Assembly (NCBI RefSeq): GCF_009834535.1
Contig: NC_045697.1
Span: forward strand, 103,356,001 to 103,420,000
Direction: 5' to 3'
Length of the DNA stretch: 64,000 nt
Origin: Camelus ferus
Lineage: Eukaryota
The position numbers and the translations under genes are program-made. Under the pieces are notes generated by a model, which worked only from the letters and a program-made list of their open reading frames with translations, did no database searches and had not been told where the DNA came from. This document shows positions 63,640 to 64,000 of this stretch, piece by piece. Numbering within the stretch: the first letter of the stretch is position 1; the number at the start of each line of letters is the position of its first letter.

Positions 63640-63950
63640 AAATGTAACCATCTTGTGCAGTGGGGATGGGGTGAGTTGAGAGTGGTGGCAGCAGAATGGA
63701 AGGCAGAGGGGATGTTAGAAAGAGAGTGACAGGAGTTTGGAGATTTTGGAGCTAGGAGGGGGCATTGGAGGGAAGAGAAGATGGGGGCTGGGAGACAATT
63801 GGGAAGGGGCACGAAGGAATGAAAAGTGACTCATATAAAGCACTGGAGGAATCGATTTACATGGATCCCATGGCTTAACTTTCACAACCTGGGAGATACT
63901 ATTTCTTCCTGACAAGAGAGAAAAACAATGGAGACCCCAAAGAGGCTTGC
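63640..63950 (-). mobile_element. L2 LINE fragment
   Basis: Purine-rich antisense L2 pattern (gagagtggtggcagcagaatggaaggcagagggg..ggagattttggagctagg). Confidence 0.55.
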
Positions 63951-64000
63951 CTGGAAAGACTCCTTTATGTATTTGCCAATTTATTTTTCGTTCTTTTGAT

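Noticed and set aside
1..64000. CRISPR arrays, operons or other prokaryotic systems
   Set aside because: Sequence is mammalian; no regularly spaced repeat-spacer array or bacterial gene structure was seen.

Overview
Mammalian genomic DNA, almost certainly camelid (camel/llama/alpaca lineage), judged from seven copies of a tRNA-Ala-derived Vic-1-type SINE and artiodactyl-type L1 3' ends. The only protein-coding sequence I can support is the 43-nt coding part of exon 1 of ZNF827 on the minus strand (19840->19798, MPRRKQEQPKRLPS + phase-1 GTAAGT donor), embedded in a ~3 kb CpG island. Positions 1-19797 are intron 1; ~20.5-64 kb is upstream non-coding DNA full of old repeats (MIR, L2, L1M, MaLR/ERVL LTRs, hAT and Tigger DNA transposons). 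No ORF in the supplied track looks like a real gene. Best leads: (1) a perfect triple nuclear-receptor half-site AGGTCA-GGGTCA-AGGTCA in intron 1, the motif class bound by the NR2C/F receptors linked to ZNF827-NuRD recruitment, suggesting self-regulation; (2) an AUG-UGA start-stop uORF held in a 9-bp hairpin 13 nt before the ZNF827 start codon; (3) a clean 51-bp templated insertion copied from 798 bp away; (4) SINE and L1 insertions carrying extra 3' sequence inside their target-site duplications. Repeat family names are from my recollection of consensus sequences, not a database search, and repeat boundaries without TSDs are approximate.
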